52,720 nucleotides of DNA from an uncultured bacterium (GTDB taxonomy: Bacteria > Fidelibacterota > Marinisomatia > Marinisomatales > UBA1611), in assembly GCA_965660855.1 (NCBI GenBank), contig CBFIBM010000013.1, forward strand, positions 1 to 52,720, written 5' to 3'. The translations under genes and the position numbers were made by a program. Below are positions 39,501-48,201 of this stretch, in pieces (position 1 is the stretch's first letter; the number at the start of each line of letters is the position of its first letter). The notes beneath the pieces were generated by a model. It made no database searches, had not been told where the DNA came from, and saw only the letters and a program-made list of their open reading frames with translations.

Positions 39501-40501
39501 GTATTCAGCCTTCATCTCCTTGGATGCAGTCAGAACTGTTAGAGGCAATGAATATGGCTTTAGAAAATAGTTATTATAACCCTCAAGATGATTTACCCGT
39601 TGAAGATTTTGATGAAGAATATTTTGCGATGGGTTTAGAATGCTATTTTGGCTTGTGGGCTCATAACCCTCTAGGAAATGGATATTCTGGCGAAAACGAA
39701 TATGCATTTAATACAAGAGATTTAATGGAGGAAGGGGACACACGCCTTCATGATATTATTAAAGGTTTTTTTGGTGATAGTTTTCTGTATACACCTGTCT
39801 TACCAGATGAGTTTAATGATTTGTTTTCATTAAACTTTGATCCTCAAAATATATACACGTACAAATCGCAATATCTGAGGAATATTAAATCATCAGGTTT
39901 TCAAGATATTAGTTTATACGGCAACTACCATAATAATTTCATTGCTGGTAATCATGGTGATAATAAATTTTTTGGAATGGAAGGTGATGATATAATTAAT
40001 GGTATGTTTGGGATTGATCGTTCAATTTATGTTGGTCAGAGAGATGAATATATAATTATACCACCTGATTCTAACCTAGATTCTTCCTATGTAGTTCTTG
40101 ATCTAGTGCCCAATAGGGATGGATCAGATACTTTAATTGGTGTTGAGGAGCTAGAGTTCAATAATATAGTTTTTACGTTAGAAGAAATTTTAACATCTCA
40201 TGAGGATAAAAATAATTTACCAACTAATTATGCTTTAAAAAATCCATTTCCGAATCCATTTAATCCCATAACTCAAATTCAATTTGATGTTCCCGAACAA
40301 AATATTATCAATCTATCAATCTTTGATTTAAATGGTAAACTTGTCAAAGTATTGACAAGTAAAGAGTATATGCAGGGAAGGTATTATTTAAATTGGAATG
40401 CAAAAAATGACTATGGTCAAGATATACCTAGTGGTATGTATTTCGTCCGACTTTCATCGGACTCTTATTCTGATACAAAAAAGATACTTTTTTTGAAGTA
40501 G
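36521..40501 (+). CDS. M6-family (immune inhibitor A-like) metalloprotease, multidomain, with RTX-like repeats and a T9SS-like CTD
   Basis: Propeptide QPNG...GDQY; GVLCHEFGHVLGAPDYY; WDVMA Met-turn; EYFILEYR; GNHGDNKFFGMEGDDIING; NPFPNPFNP tail. Confidence 0.88.
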   Translation: MSILQILCILLFLTTQQLHATWFDNIPRVITQPNGEKIRCFVTGDQYVRRLHDENNYTIIQSKEDGFYYYAEKNEIDKLIPSTFKVGSVNPLELDIEKGLKVEHSDYLQRKTFYNNPNGSRNGRDAPSTGEISQINIFIRFADDPDFPQPRSYYDEIFQTEEEEPSLKHYFLDISHDSLLVNTYHYPGTFTGANTAYVDSYNRAYYEPYTAANTQGYNGDAERTQREHNLLANALNSVSSNISSLLNIDANNDGYVDAVSFVVYGNPGDWSDLLWPHRWSLFSQNVSINGAQVSDYLFMLSESWYFNVGVLCHEFGHVLGAPDYYHYSSTGAPTPVGGWDVMASNGNPPQLPSAFTQWKYFDWGAVPEITESGTYTLHPLNTPEGNSYKIFSPNSDTEYFILEYRTQDGMYEENLPGNRSGLIIYRVNPNAGNGNAQGPPDELYVYRPGGSINNNGSFETAPFSADYGTTEFNDNTDPACFLYNDGNEIDGGLNIYNITESGETISFTVSFGIPELTVNPNIISLDLQYGDNFNQVVEVMNTGDLETVMTFEASLGGAVPFQNPQGGPDQGGYFWTSVNDESPEIGNIWVDIESLATELILNHNDQFSSEIIQLPFEFRFFDESYDYLQVNANGWVGWESLNENVWLNDEIPSVTLPRPAIFGFFDDLNPYNDNGNSNSSGNVYYHVNNSRAVIWFNNVVRWNTTDWGLFDFQIILHSDGSFDINYRNMDGTLNSGTVGFQNRDGTQGTQIIANEDYITSNMSLVVDAVDNDIPWADLTSETNSFTGSLAGMETSYFNLQISANGLTPGLYQAAINIASSDAGSESIPVNLNVTNGVSIPMLPPLDISSSENGIITLPNNVDTVFTNVGNRYTHIETPNGGFIPFLIQDDFSEEMVVYVRDILSSFLMDLPNSQWGSNKAPITNSIASNNAILFLLNSEEEYQNPNFESLLEAGVKGQDLFATEIFPEGVYEYNQSTERSVVFKELLHFIHIYGIQPSSPWMQSELLEAMNMALENSYYNPQDDLPVEDFDEEYFAMGLECYFGLWAHNPLGNGYSGENEYAFNTRDLMEEGDTRLHDIIKGFFGDSFLYTPVLPDEFNDLFSLNFDPQNIYTYKSQYLRNIKSSGFQDISLYGNYHNNFIAGNHGDNKFFGMEGDDIINGMFGIDRSIYVGQRDEYIIIPPDSNLDSSYVVLDLVPNRDGSDTLIGVEELEFNNIVFTLEEILTSHEDKNNLPTNYALKNPFPNPFNPITQIQFDVPEQNIINLSIFDLNGKLVKVLTSKEYMQGRYYLNWNAKNDYGQDIPSGMYFVRLSSDSYSDTKKILFLK

Positions 40502-40512
40502 TTTTAACAAAA

Positions 40513-40528
40513 TGTGAGTATTATCACA
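40513..40528. promoter_or_regulatory. CRP-family binding site upstream of the type IV pilus operon
   Basis: TGTGA-GTATTA-TCACA, an exact match to the TGTGA-N6-TCACA core, preceded by AAAA, ~90 nt upstream of the pilin start. Confidence 0.7.
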
Positions 40529-40618
40529 CTTCTTTTCGTTTATCTTTTTAGTCGGTTACACCTTAAATTTATAAAACGGTAAACAATAAATACATATTAA
40601 TTAGAAATAAGGAGATAG

Positions 40619-41038
40619 TTGAAAATGAATCTCAAGCGTAAATCAGAATCTGGTTTTACAATGATAGAAATTATGGTTGTTGTTGTGATAGTTGCTATTT
40701 TAGCAGTGATTGCTTTACCAACTTATTTAACTTACGTAGAGAGTGGATATGCATCTGAAGCTCGCACAGTAATGTCAAATATTAATAATGCATCGAAAAT
40801 GTATTATCAAACTAGAGGTGAATGGCCATCTGAAGTAGACGAGCTCGAAAGAGCAGGTCAACTTGACGTTAGTCGCTCTACTAAATTAAAATGGACTTTT
40901 GATCTTCAGCTTAATGATCAAGGTGGTAGGATTACCGCAAGTAGTACAGAAGAAATGTCAGGCGGACCAGGTAAACAGGTAGTTTATGATGCTGATTTAG
41001 GGAAATTTACAGGTTATGGTTCTCCAGAAGGAGAATAG
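40619..41038 (+). CDS. pilA: Type IVa major pilin
   Basis: Prepilin leader ...KRKSESG|FTMIEIMVVVVIVAILAVIALP; RBS AAGGAG; first gene of the operon. Start is TTG 40619 or ATG 40625. Confidence 0.85.
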   Translation: MKMNLKRKSESGFTMIEIMVVVVIVAILAVIALPTYLTYVESGYASEARTVMSNINNASKMYYQTRGEWPSEVDELERAGQLDVSRSTKLKWTFDLQLNDQGGRITASSTEEMSGGPGKQVVYDADLGKFTGYGSPEGE

Positions 41039-41046
41039 GTTCGTAA

Positions 41047-42099
41047 ATGGAACTAAATAAGTTATTATCTTACTCTGTAGATAGTGGAGCCTCAGATCTT
41101 CATCTAAGTGTCGGTTCCATTCCAATGGTAAGAATAAATGGCACAATGCAACGTTTAAATATGGATGCACTTGCTCAGGAAGACATGCAATCAATCATAG
41201 AACAATGTATGGATTCTGAGCAAATAAAAATATTTGACGAGAGAAAAGAAATTGACTTTTCAGCTAGTTTAGAGGGTAAAGGTCGATTCCGTGTAAATAT
41301 ATTTAATCAAATCAAAGGATATGCTGGCGTATTTAGAACAATTCCCGAGGTAGTAAAGGATTTTGATGATTTAGGTATCCCACCTGTTTTAAAAAGCTTA
41401 TCGATGATTAATAGAGGGTTAGTACTTTTGACAGGTCCCACTGGATCTGGAAAAAGCACTACTCTTGCAGCTATGGTAGATCATATAAATACCCAAAAAC
41501 AATGTCATATAATCACAATAGAGGATCCCGTAGAATATTACCATGAAACAAAAGAGAGCTTAATCAATCAAAGAGAGCTAGGTGTTAGTACACACAGTTT
41601 TGCGAATGCAATGAGATCTGCATTAAGAGAAGATCCTGACGTAATATTAGTAGGGGAGATGCGAGATCTAGAAACGATTTCTTTGGCCTTAACTGCTGCT
41701 GAAACAGGTCATTTAGTTTTATCTACACTTCATACCTCAAGTGCAGTTAAAACAATAGATAGAATTATAGATATATTTCCTTCTGGACAAAAAGGTCAAA
41801 TTAGGTCTATGTTAGCTGAAAGTTTGGAAGCTGTAGTTGCTCAAAAGCTTTTAAAAACAAAAGATGGAAAAGGTCGAGCTCCTGCATGTGAAGTGATGAT
41901 CGCTAACACTGCCATAAGGAACTTGATAAGGGAAGATCGTATTTATCAGATTCCATCCATTATTCAATCTGGAGGTGTTGAAGGTATGCAATCCCTTGAT
42001 CAAGATCTTCAAAGACTAGTATCAAAAGGTGAAATTGAAAGAAAAATAGCTCAAAGTATCGCTGAGAATCCAAAATTATTTGCCCAAAATACGTTGTGA
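41047..42099 (+). CDS. pilT: Type IV pilus retraction ATPase
   Basis: GPTGSGKST, TIEDPVE, LVGEMRD, TGHLVLSTLH and the PilT-specific AIRNLIRE. Confidence 0.97.
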   Translation: MELNKLLSYSVDSGASDLHLSVGSIPMVRINGTMQRLNMDALAQEDMQSIIEQCMDSEQIKIFDERKEIDFSASLEGKGRFRVNIFNQIKGYAGVFRTIPEVVKDFDDLGIPPVLKSLSMINRGLVLLTGPTGSGKSTTLAAMVDHINTQKQCHIITIEDPVEYYHETKESLINQRELGVSTHSFANAMRSALREDPDVILVGEMRDLETISLALTAAETGHLVLSTLHTSSAVKTIDRIIDIFPSGQKGQIRSMLAESLEAVVAQKLLKTKDGKGRAPACEVMIANTAIRNLIREDRIYQIPSIIQSGGVEGMQSLDQDLQRLVSKGEIERKIAQSIAENPKLFAQNTL

Positions 42100-42575
42100 T
42101 CAACTGCAAGAAATCATATAGTGGTATTAGTTTTATTGAGGTAATGACTGCTACGGTTGTTATCTCTATTGCTTGTATTGGGCTAATGATGGGAGTTGTA
42201 CATGCAAGATCTGAACTGCATTCCTTAGAAATAAAAGAAAGAGCAACAGAAGAATTGCTCAATTATATGGAGTTTTGGAAAGGAAGAGTAGCTGACGGTC
42301 GACTATCCCCAAGTGAACGTGCTGGTGATCCTGATGGAGATTCAATTTATCTAGTTGGTGGTTTGAATCAGAAAAATTCTATTGAAGCAAAATTATATTA
42401 CGATTTAAGAAGATTGAGTGATTTTAATGATTTTGGTTCGACTGATTTTACCCGTTATGAATTAAAATGTTGGATTAAGTGGTCTGATAGATTTTTATCC
42501 CCGAATTCAAGATATTCCAGCAATATTAAAAGAGAGAGAAAGATTTCTACTATCATGACGGTTTTTGAGCTTTGA
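42096..42575 (+). CDS. Minor pilin, PilV-like
   Basis: G|ISFIEVMTATVVISIACIGL with Glu5; GTGA overlap with pilT. Confidence 0.75.
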   Translation: MINCKKSYSGISFIEVMTATVVISIACIGLMMGVVHARSELHSLEIKERATEELLNYMEFWKGRVADGRLSPSERAGDPDGDSIYLVGGLNQKNSIEAKLYYDLRRLSDFNDFGSTDFTRYELKCWIKWSDRFLSPNSRYSSNIKRERKISTIMTVFEL

Positions 42576-43204
42576 TAAAAAAGATTTTAAGAAAAAGTAA
42601 CCCAGGAATGACATTACTTGAATTGTCAGCTGCAATTGTTGTAATGGCAATTATTGCAATAGGAATGACGAGTGGTGCTCAAGCTGTTATGCTTCATTAC
42701 CAGTCTGATACTGTTAGACAAGATATCAGACAATATGGCAATAATATAATGAGAGAAATAACAAGAGAGCTTAACCTTGCTCAAAAAGTAGAAATAGGAA
42801 GCCAAAATGGTTTTGCCACAATAAACCTGTATGAGTATTTCACTGATATATCCCCACTAATTGCAATTTCATGTAATCAAAGAACGGGAATAAAATTTAA
42901 TAATTCAGTTCCTGTTAATGGAGTATTAGACTTTCCAAGTACGGGTATTTTCAGAGGAGACAATCAAAGAACTGTATACGTTGATGATTTTTTGGTCAAT
43001 TATGAAACACAAGGTAGTCCAGGCCTAACTCTTTTTAAGAACTCTTACATACACCTTACATTAGTTTTAGCGATGGAGACTGATGTAATGGATGAGATAT
43101 CACAGCCTGTAAAAGAACTGCATACTTACCATAGAACTGTATTTTTAGGTACAGCATATATTCAGTCAAAAATTACAAATGCAATGGGTAATGATAATGT
43201 TTAA
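42572..43204 (+). CDS. Minor pilin, PilW-like
   Basis: G|MTLLELSAAIVVMAIIAIG; TTGA overlap with the previous gene. Confidence 0.75.
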   Translation: MIKKILRKSNPGMTLLELSAAIVVMAIIAIGMTSGAQAVMLHYQSDTVRQDIRQYGNNIMREITRELNLAQKVEIGSQNGFATINLYEYFTDISPLIAISCNQRTGIKFNNSVPVNGVLDFPSTGIFRGDNQRTVYVDDFLVNYETQGSPGLTLFKNSYIHLTLVLAMETDVMDEISQPVKELHTYHRTVFLGTAYIQSKITNAMGNDNV

Positions 43205-45428
43205 TAAAGAAAATAAAGGGAGTGCTGCTCCGCTTGCTTTGTTATTTACTTTAGTTAGCATGTCTTTTACAGTAGCATATCTTAAAAATTCTTTTAGTCA
43301 ATCTGCCATGGAGAAATATAGATATGCTGAATGGAAAGCATTGTATTCAGCTGAAGCGGGTTTAAATGATGTCGGAATAGTAGCTCTGCCATATATAATT
43401 GGGGATACCCTTTTATTAGCAAATGGTGTTAACTATGGTGAAGATGAGAGAGGTGAACCAATTGGCTTGTATAAAAACATTGCTTGTTCCACTCAATTGA
43501 TACCAAATTCAACAAGAAAAGAATACAAAGCCTATTCAACGGGTATTTCAGAATACATAAATACTAGTGGTACTAATGTTAGTATCGAAAGAAGAGTATA
43601 TACAACAATGATTCCTCAAGGATTTGAAGAGTTTATGTATTTTACTGACGTCGAAGAGCCAATTGGCCCAGGGAATACAGGTGTAGTAAATTTCGGATCA
43701 GGAGATCAGCTTGAAGGGAAAGTACATACCAATGGGAATATGGCTTTTAGTAATTATGGATGCCCTGAGTTTAGTGGAGAAGTAAATATTACAAAAGAAG
43801 CAGTTGATAACGGTGGAGGTATAGGGAGTTGGGGTGGTTGTGACGAAGGTATTTTTGAGGATGAAGATGGGAATACTATTTTAGATACAGTTTCAACTAT
43901 TATTTTTCCACCCGATAATTCTGCCCAAACTGCCCGTGCCAATGCAACAAAAACATTTGTTGCGGACTCTAAGTTATTTAGGTCCGGTAAAAAAGATACC
44001 TTGATTATGACTGAAATAAATTTTGTTGAAGGAGGTTATTGGGCCGCACAGTGGCTATATAATATACCCCCGATTGGCAATCCACCAGTTGAATTCGATT
44101 TTACTTGGGGTGCTGTTGGTGATTTGACCACACCTGGAACAATAAATTTTTTTGGTGCAGCACCTGGATTTGAATCTGGTTTTGGATATACTATGCCTAA
44201 TCAAAGTGGTATATTAATGCTCTCTCTTCCGGATTTAAATGGAATAACAGTTTCTACTGATTTATTTGAAAGTGGTGATATTATATCTCTTAGCAATGCA
44301 GATGGAAGTGTTGTTTGTGGAGCCGAGGTTATTGGTGTGGGAGGATTTAATGACTCAAACTTTAGAATATCTTTTTCAAATTTTTTCACTTCTAATCCAC
44401 CTGGTGCTCCAAATGCAGCCATAGAAGGTTTTGCGATAGGTGAAGCAATTACCTTTAAAAATGAAAGTGCACCAACCGGACTAGATGAAGATGTTGAATG
44501 GAATGCTATGAATTATTTTCATAATCATTACAATAATGATAATGATTTTTGTAGAGCTGGAGATATTCAACATTTTGATTTTAATTATTGGACTGCAGGA
44601 GGAACAAATTGCGATATATTTACTTGTCCTGATTTAATATACAACAGTGAGTATGTACATATGTCTAGATCCTTTTTCCCCACAGGAAATTCACCGCAGG
44701 TAATATATGTGCAAGGTGGACAAGTATTAGTAAGGGGAATAGTTGATGGGCAATTCACTATTGTTACGGATGATTTTACTGAATATCGTAGGCATGACGA
44801 TCCAGAAATTATTGACAGAGTATGGGGAAATATTTGGCTTATAGATGACTTAGTTTTTTCTGATTCTTATTCTAATGGTTCGGTTATTCATCCAATGGAT
44901 GGAGGATCAAACAATGTCATGGGTCTCATTGCTGGTGGCAGTGTTATTATAGCTAATACTCGACCAAATGGAGCACGAGGTGGCCAGTATGGAGCGAATA
45001 TAAATATTAATGCAGCGATACTTGCTATGAATGGTGGATTTTTATCTCATTATTGGCAAAACTCTCTTGCAGATTATCACAATTGGAATGATGGATTGTC
45101 TTATGGGGTTATTGCTGATGGAAGAGGCGGTCATAGAAATTATTTTAGACCTCAAAATACAGGCGGGCTTTACACTGGAAATGATGATGATAGAGGTACA
45201 GTTAATTTGTGGGGTTCAGTAGTCCAATTTAAAAGAGGGTATATGAAAAGAAATTATCCAGGACCATATAATACATCCCCGGGAGTGGGTTACGATAAGA
45301 ATTATCATTATGATTGGAACCTCCAATTAAAACCCCCTCCATATTTTCCTGATTTACAAAGCAGTAATAATACTGTGATCTTAAAAATGGCTTCTTATGG
45401 AGAAGCGAAAACACAAACACAAGAATAG
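43197..45428 (+). CDS. Very large PilX-like minor pilin
   Basis: MFNKENKG|SAAPLALLF (no Glu5, as in PilX/GspK); ALYSAEAGL PilX-N motif; third gene of the minor-pilin run. Confidence 0.75.
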   Translation: MFNKENKGSAAPLALLFTLVSMSFTVAYLKNSFSQSAMEKYRYAEWKALYSAEAGLNDVGIVALPYIIGDTLLLANGVNYGEDERGEPIGLYKNIACSTQLIPNSTRKEYKAYSTGISEYINTSGTNVSIERRVYTTMIPQGFEEFMYFTDVEEPIGPGNTGVVNFGSGDQLEGKVHTNGNMAFSNYGCPEFSGEVNITKEAVDNGGGIGSWGGCDEGIFEDEDGNTILDTVSTIIFPPDNSAQTARANATKTFVADSKLFRSGKKDTLIMTEINFVEGGYWAAQWLYNIPPIGNPPVEFDFTWGAVGDLTTPGTINFFGAAPGFESGFGYTMPNQSGILMLSLPDLNGITVSTDLFESGDIISLSNADGSVVCGAEVIGVGGFNDSNFRISFSNFFTSNPPGAPNAAIEGFAIGEAITFKNESAPTGLDEDVEWNAMNYFHNHYNNDNDFCRAGDIQHFDFNYWTAGGTNCDIFTCPDLIYNSEYVHMSRSFFPTGNSPQVIYVQGGQVLVRGIVDGQFTIVTDDFTEYRRHDDPEIIDRVWGNIWLIDDLVFSDSYSNGSVIHPMDGGSNNVMGLIAGGSVIIANTRPNGARGGQYGANININAAILAMNGGFLSHYWQNSLADYHNWNDGLSYGVIADGRGGHRNYFRPQNTGGLYTGNDDDRGTVNLWGSVVQFKRGYMKRNYPGPYNTSPGVGYDKNYHYDWNLQLKPPPYFPDLQSSNNTVILKMASYGEAKTQTQE

Positions 45429-45439
45429 GCATTTAAATA

Positions 45440-46498
45440 ATGTATTTAGGGTTAGATATAGGTCGCCAATATGTAAAAATGGTAGCCGTCGATAAAAATA
45501 AAGAAGCTTATAAAATTATAGACGCTGGTTTGAGATTGGTTCCTGAACCAAACACAACTTATGATCCTGAAAAAATAGACAAATCACATTGGGTAATGGC
45601 TGTGAAAGAGTTATTTCGTCAGCAAAATTTTAATCCAAAAAAAGTAAAAGGTCTTATAACCGGAATTAATGGGTCTTTAGCAAGTGTAAAGCAAATCACA
45701 ACCATGGAAATGCCTTCAGAAGAACTTGAATCGGCGATGACATTTGAAGCAAGAAAGCATATACCTATGGATGGTACCGATGCTGTAATTGATTATCAAA
45801 TTTTAGGTTCAAACAAACTAGAAGTTGATAAAATTGATGTTGGATTAGTAGCTTGTACCAAAGGAGTTCTTAATAACCATATAGATTTAATTAAGGACTG
45901 CGGTTTAAAACCAGGTGTTATAGATGTAAATCCAATTGCTATGAGTAATGTCTTTTCTTTTATTAAAGATATCCCTGATGATGGATTAGTAGTGTTGCTT
46001 GACATAGGCGCTATTTCTTCATCTTTAGTAGTCTATGGCAAAGGTCAGCAATTTTTTACCCGTGATTTGCCAATTGGAGGTCATAACTTTATTAAAGAAG
46101 TTTGTGATAAAAAAGAAATCTCATATACTGATGCACAGGATCTATTGTTTAGAGAAGGTTTAAATGCTCTTAAAAAAGATAATGAAACAAACCTAACTGA
46201 TGTAGTTGGTATCGCAGAAAGAACAGTTTTTGACAATCTAGTTGAAGATTTAAGAAGATCTTTAAGATTTTATGGTAAGCAGACAGGGCAAAGTTTTTTT
46301 CTCAAGATTTTCCTTACTGGAGGAGGTGCTGAAACTATAGGGCTATCAGATTTTATTACTGAAAAATTAAATATTGAATGTGCAATATTGGATCCATTTG
46401 AAAACTTGAATGGTTCTGAAAAATTATCTATCACTAATAAAAGCCAGTTTACTACGGCTCTCGGTCTTGGTATTAGAGGAGGTATGAGCGTTGAATAA
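45440..46498 (+). CDS. pilM: Type IV pilus assembly protein PilM
   Basis: Actin-like LGLDIG, EARKHIP, LLDIGA, RDLPIGG, LTGGGA, TALGLG. Confidence 0.93.
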   Translation: MYLGLDIGRQYVKMVAVDKNKEAYKIIDAGLRLVPEPNTTYDPEKIDKSHWVMAVKELFRQQNFNPKKVKGLITGINGSLASVKQITTMEMPSEELESAMTFEARKHIPMDGTDAVIDYQILGSNKLEVDKIDVGLVACTKGVLNNHIDLIKDCGLKPGVIDVNPIAMSNVFSFIKDIPDDGLVVLLDIGAISSSLVVYGKGQQFFTRDLPIGGHNFIKEVCDKKEISYTDAQDLLFREGLNALKKDNETNLTDVVGIAERTVFDNLVEDLRRSLRFYGKQTGQSFFLKIFLTGGGAETIGLSDFITEKLNIECAILDPFENLNGSEKLSITNKSQFTTALGLGIRGGMSVE

Positions 46499-47084
46499 GC
46501 AATACTTTATAATAAACCTTAATAAAGCTGAAAGCGCTGAAACTTTAATTGAAAGAGGTAAAGAAAGAGCACGGTGGATTGTTTTTAGTCTTTTAATTGC
46601 AGTACTGCTTGGTGTGAATATTAGAGTTTGGACAATAAGCATTGGCTATAATGGTATTATCGATAAAAAAGAAAAAGAGATTACCAGGTTGAAAGGTGAA
46701 ATTAATCAACTTCAGTCTGAAGGTAAAAATCTTTCAAAATATGATATATTATCTTTTGCTGATTTAGAACAAGATAGGTTTTTATGGGCTCAAAATCTTG
46801 AAAAAATGGGATCGCTTACACCCGGAGATATATCAATCACAGGTCTTAGATTTAAAAGAAATAAGTTAGTTATCAAGGGAATTGCTCTCACTTTTGAAGA
46901 CCGGAAAGATTTTGAAATAATTGATGAATATGTTCAAACCCTTAGAAACAATAAAGAGTTTTCTAACGATTTTAGTCGGATTAAATATGTTGGGCATAGT
47001 AAAGTGAGTATTCGTGGTCAAGAAATTATTAGATTCGAAATTGAAGCTAACGTAAAAAAAAATAGTAGAAAATCTTTCTCATAG
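46491..47084 (+). CDS. pilN: Type IV pilus assembly protein PilN
   Basis: N-terminal IINL motif, TM helix, coiled coil, P..I.IT...LVIKG; follows pilM. Confidence 0.82.
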   Translation: MNKQYFIINLNKAESAETLIERGKERARWIVFSLLIAVLLGVNIRVWTISIGYNGIIDKKEKEITRLKGEINQLQSEGKNLSKYDILSFADLEQDRFLWAQNLEKMGSLTPGDISITGLRFKRNKLVIKGIALTFEDRKDFEIIDEYVQTLRNNKEFSNDFSRIKYVGHSKVSIRGQEIIRFEIEANVKKNSRKSFS

Positions 47085-47092
47085 GATATAAA

Positions 47093-47668
47093 ATGGCAGA
47101 AAAAAGAAATATTATTTTATTTGGATCCTTAATCTTTTTGACAATTAGTTATTGGATAAGCTCTACAATTTTAATTGATGATAAACCATTAAAAATTCAA
47201 ATACTTGAGGAAGAGCAGGAAGAATTAAATGAAAACCTCATCAGTGCTCAAATTTTGGCAAGTCAATTAGATAGAGTTTTTACTTTATTCCAAGAAAATC
47301 TCGCACTTTCAAAAGCAGATTCCTTAGCTGATGATGCCAACCTTCCATTCTTAAATAATCTTACTGATATGTTAGATGACTTAGACATTCGTTTATTAGG
47401 GATTAAACCAAAAACAAGAATTGATAAAATGACTTACCTAAAGGCTCCATATGTCATTACTTTGGAGTGTACTTTCGATCAATTTGGAAAATTTCTAGCA
47501 GAAGTCGAGAGATCGCCGAGATTAATAACAGTTGATGAGTTTGAGGTGAAAAATGGTATTGAGCGCATTAAGGCTAATACGGATGAAGAAAATTTAATAT
47601 TCCAAGAGTTTTCAGTAAATCTATCTACAATTACACTAGTAAAATCTAAATCAAAGGTCAGTTCATGA
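47093..47668 (+). CDS. pilO: Type IV pilus assembly protein PilO
   Basis: TM helix, coiled coil, P..ITL...F.Q.GKFLAEVERSPRLITV; follows pilN. Confidence 0.85.
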   Translation: MAEKRNIILFGSLIFLTISYWISSTILIDDKPLKIQILEEEQEELNENLISAQILASQLDRVFTLFQENLALSKADSLADDANLPFLNNLTDMLDDLDIRLLGIKPKTRIDKMTYLKAPYVITLECTFDQFGKFLAEVERSPRLITVDEFEVKNGIERIKANTDEENLIFQEFSVNLSTITLVKSKSKVSS

Positions 47669-48162
47669 GTGATAGATCATTAACAATTTGGAACCTGCTA
47701 ATAGGCGCAACTATTTTTTCAGTTTTAGCGATAAGCTTTAAACTTTTTCCAATGAATACCAAGTACGGTAAATTAAAGAAAAGATCTGCAAATATTCAGT
47801 TTGGTACAGACAAAGAATTAGAGAATATTATTACATTTTTAGAGGATAGATTAGAAAATAGAAGCGAGTTTCAATTTTCTGTTGAAAAAACTCCAATGTT
47901 ACTCACAAATGTCTTGGGATTAGCTGACGGATCAGGAAGAAGAGTAAAAAGAAATAGAAATGCAATAAGAGTAGCTTTTATTTATCAGAGACAAGACTCA
48001 TTCCAAGCTCAAATAGATTATCGAGGTAAAGCTTTTACTGTAATAGTTGGTGACTCAATTCCAAATATTGGAGAAATAACATTGATTGATGGTTCACAAG
48101 TTAAAATTAAATCAAATGGAAATGTTAAGTCTTACCCTGCACCAGGTTATGAAGCTAGTTAA
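47665..48162 (+). CDS. PilP/GspC-like protein
   Basis: Lies between pilO and the secretin; C-terminal A.I..R.K...V.VGDSI...GEITLID beta domain; TM anchor rather than a lipobox. Confidence 0.65.
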   Translation: MSDRSLTIWNLLIGATIFSVLAISFKLFPMNTKYGKLKKRSANIQFGTDKELENIITFLEDRLENRSEFQFSVEKTPMLLTNVLGLADGSGRRVKRNRNAIRVAFIYQRQDSFQAQIDYRGKAFTVIVGDSIPNIGEITLIDGSQVKIKSNGNVKSYPAPGYEAS

Positions 48163-48201
48163 TGAAAAATATTTTGAATTTATTTTAAGGAAATTAAAAT
48201 T

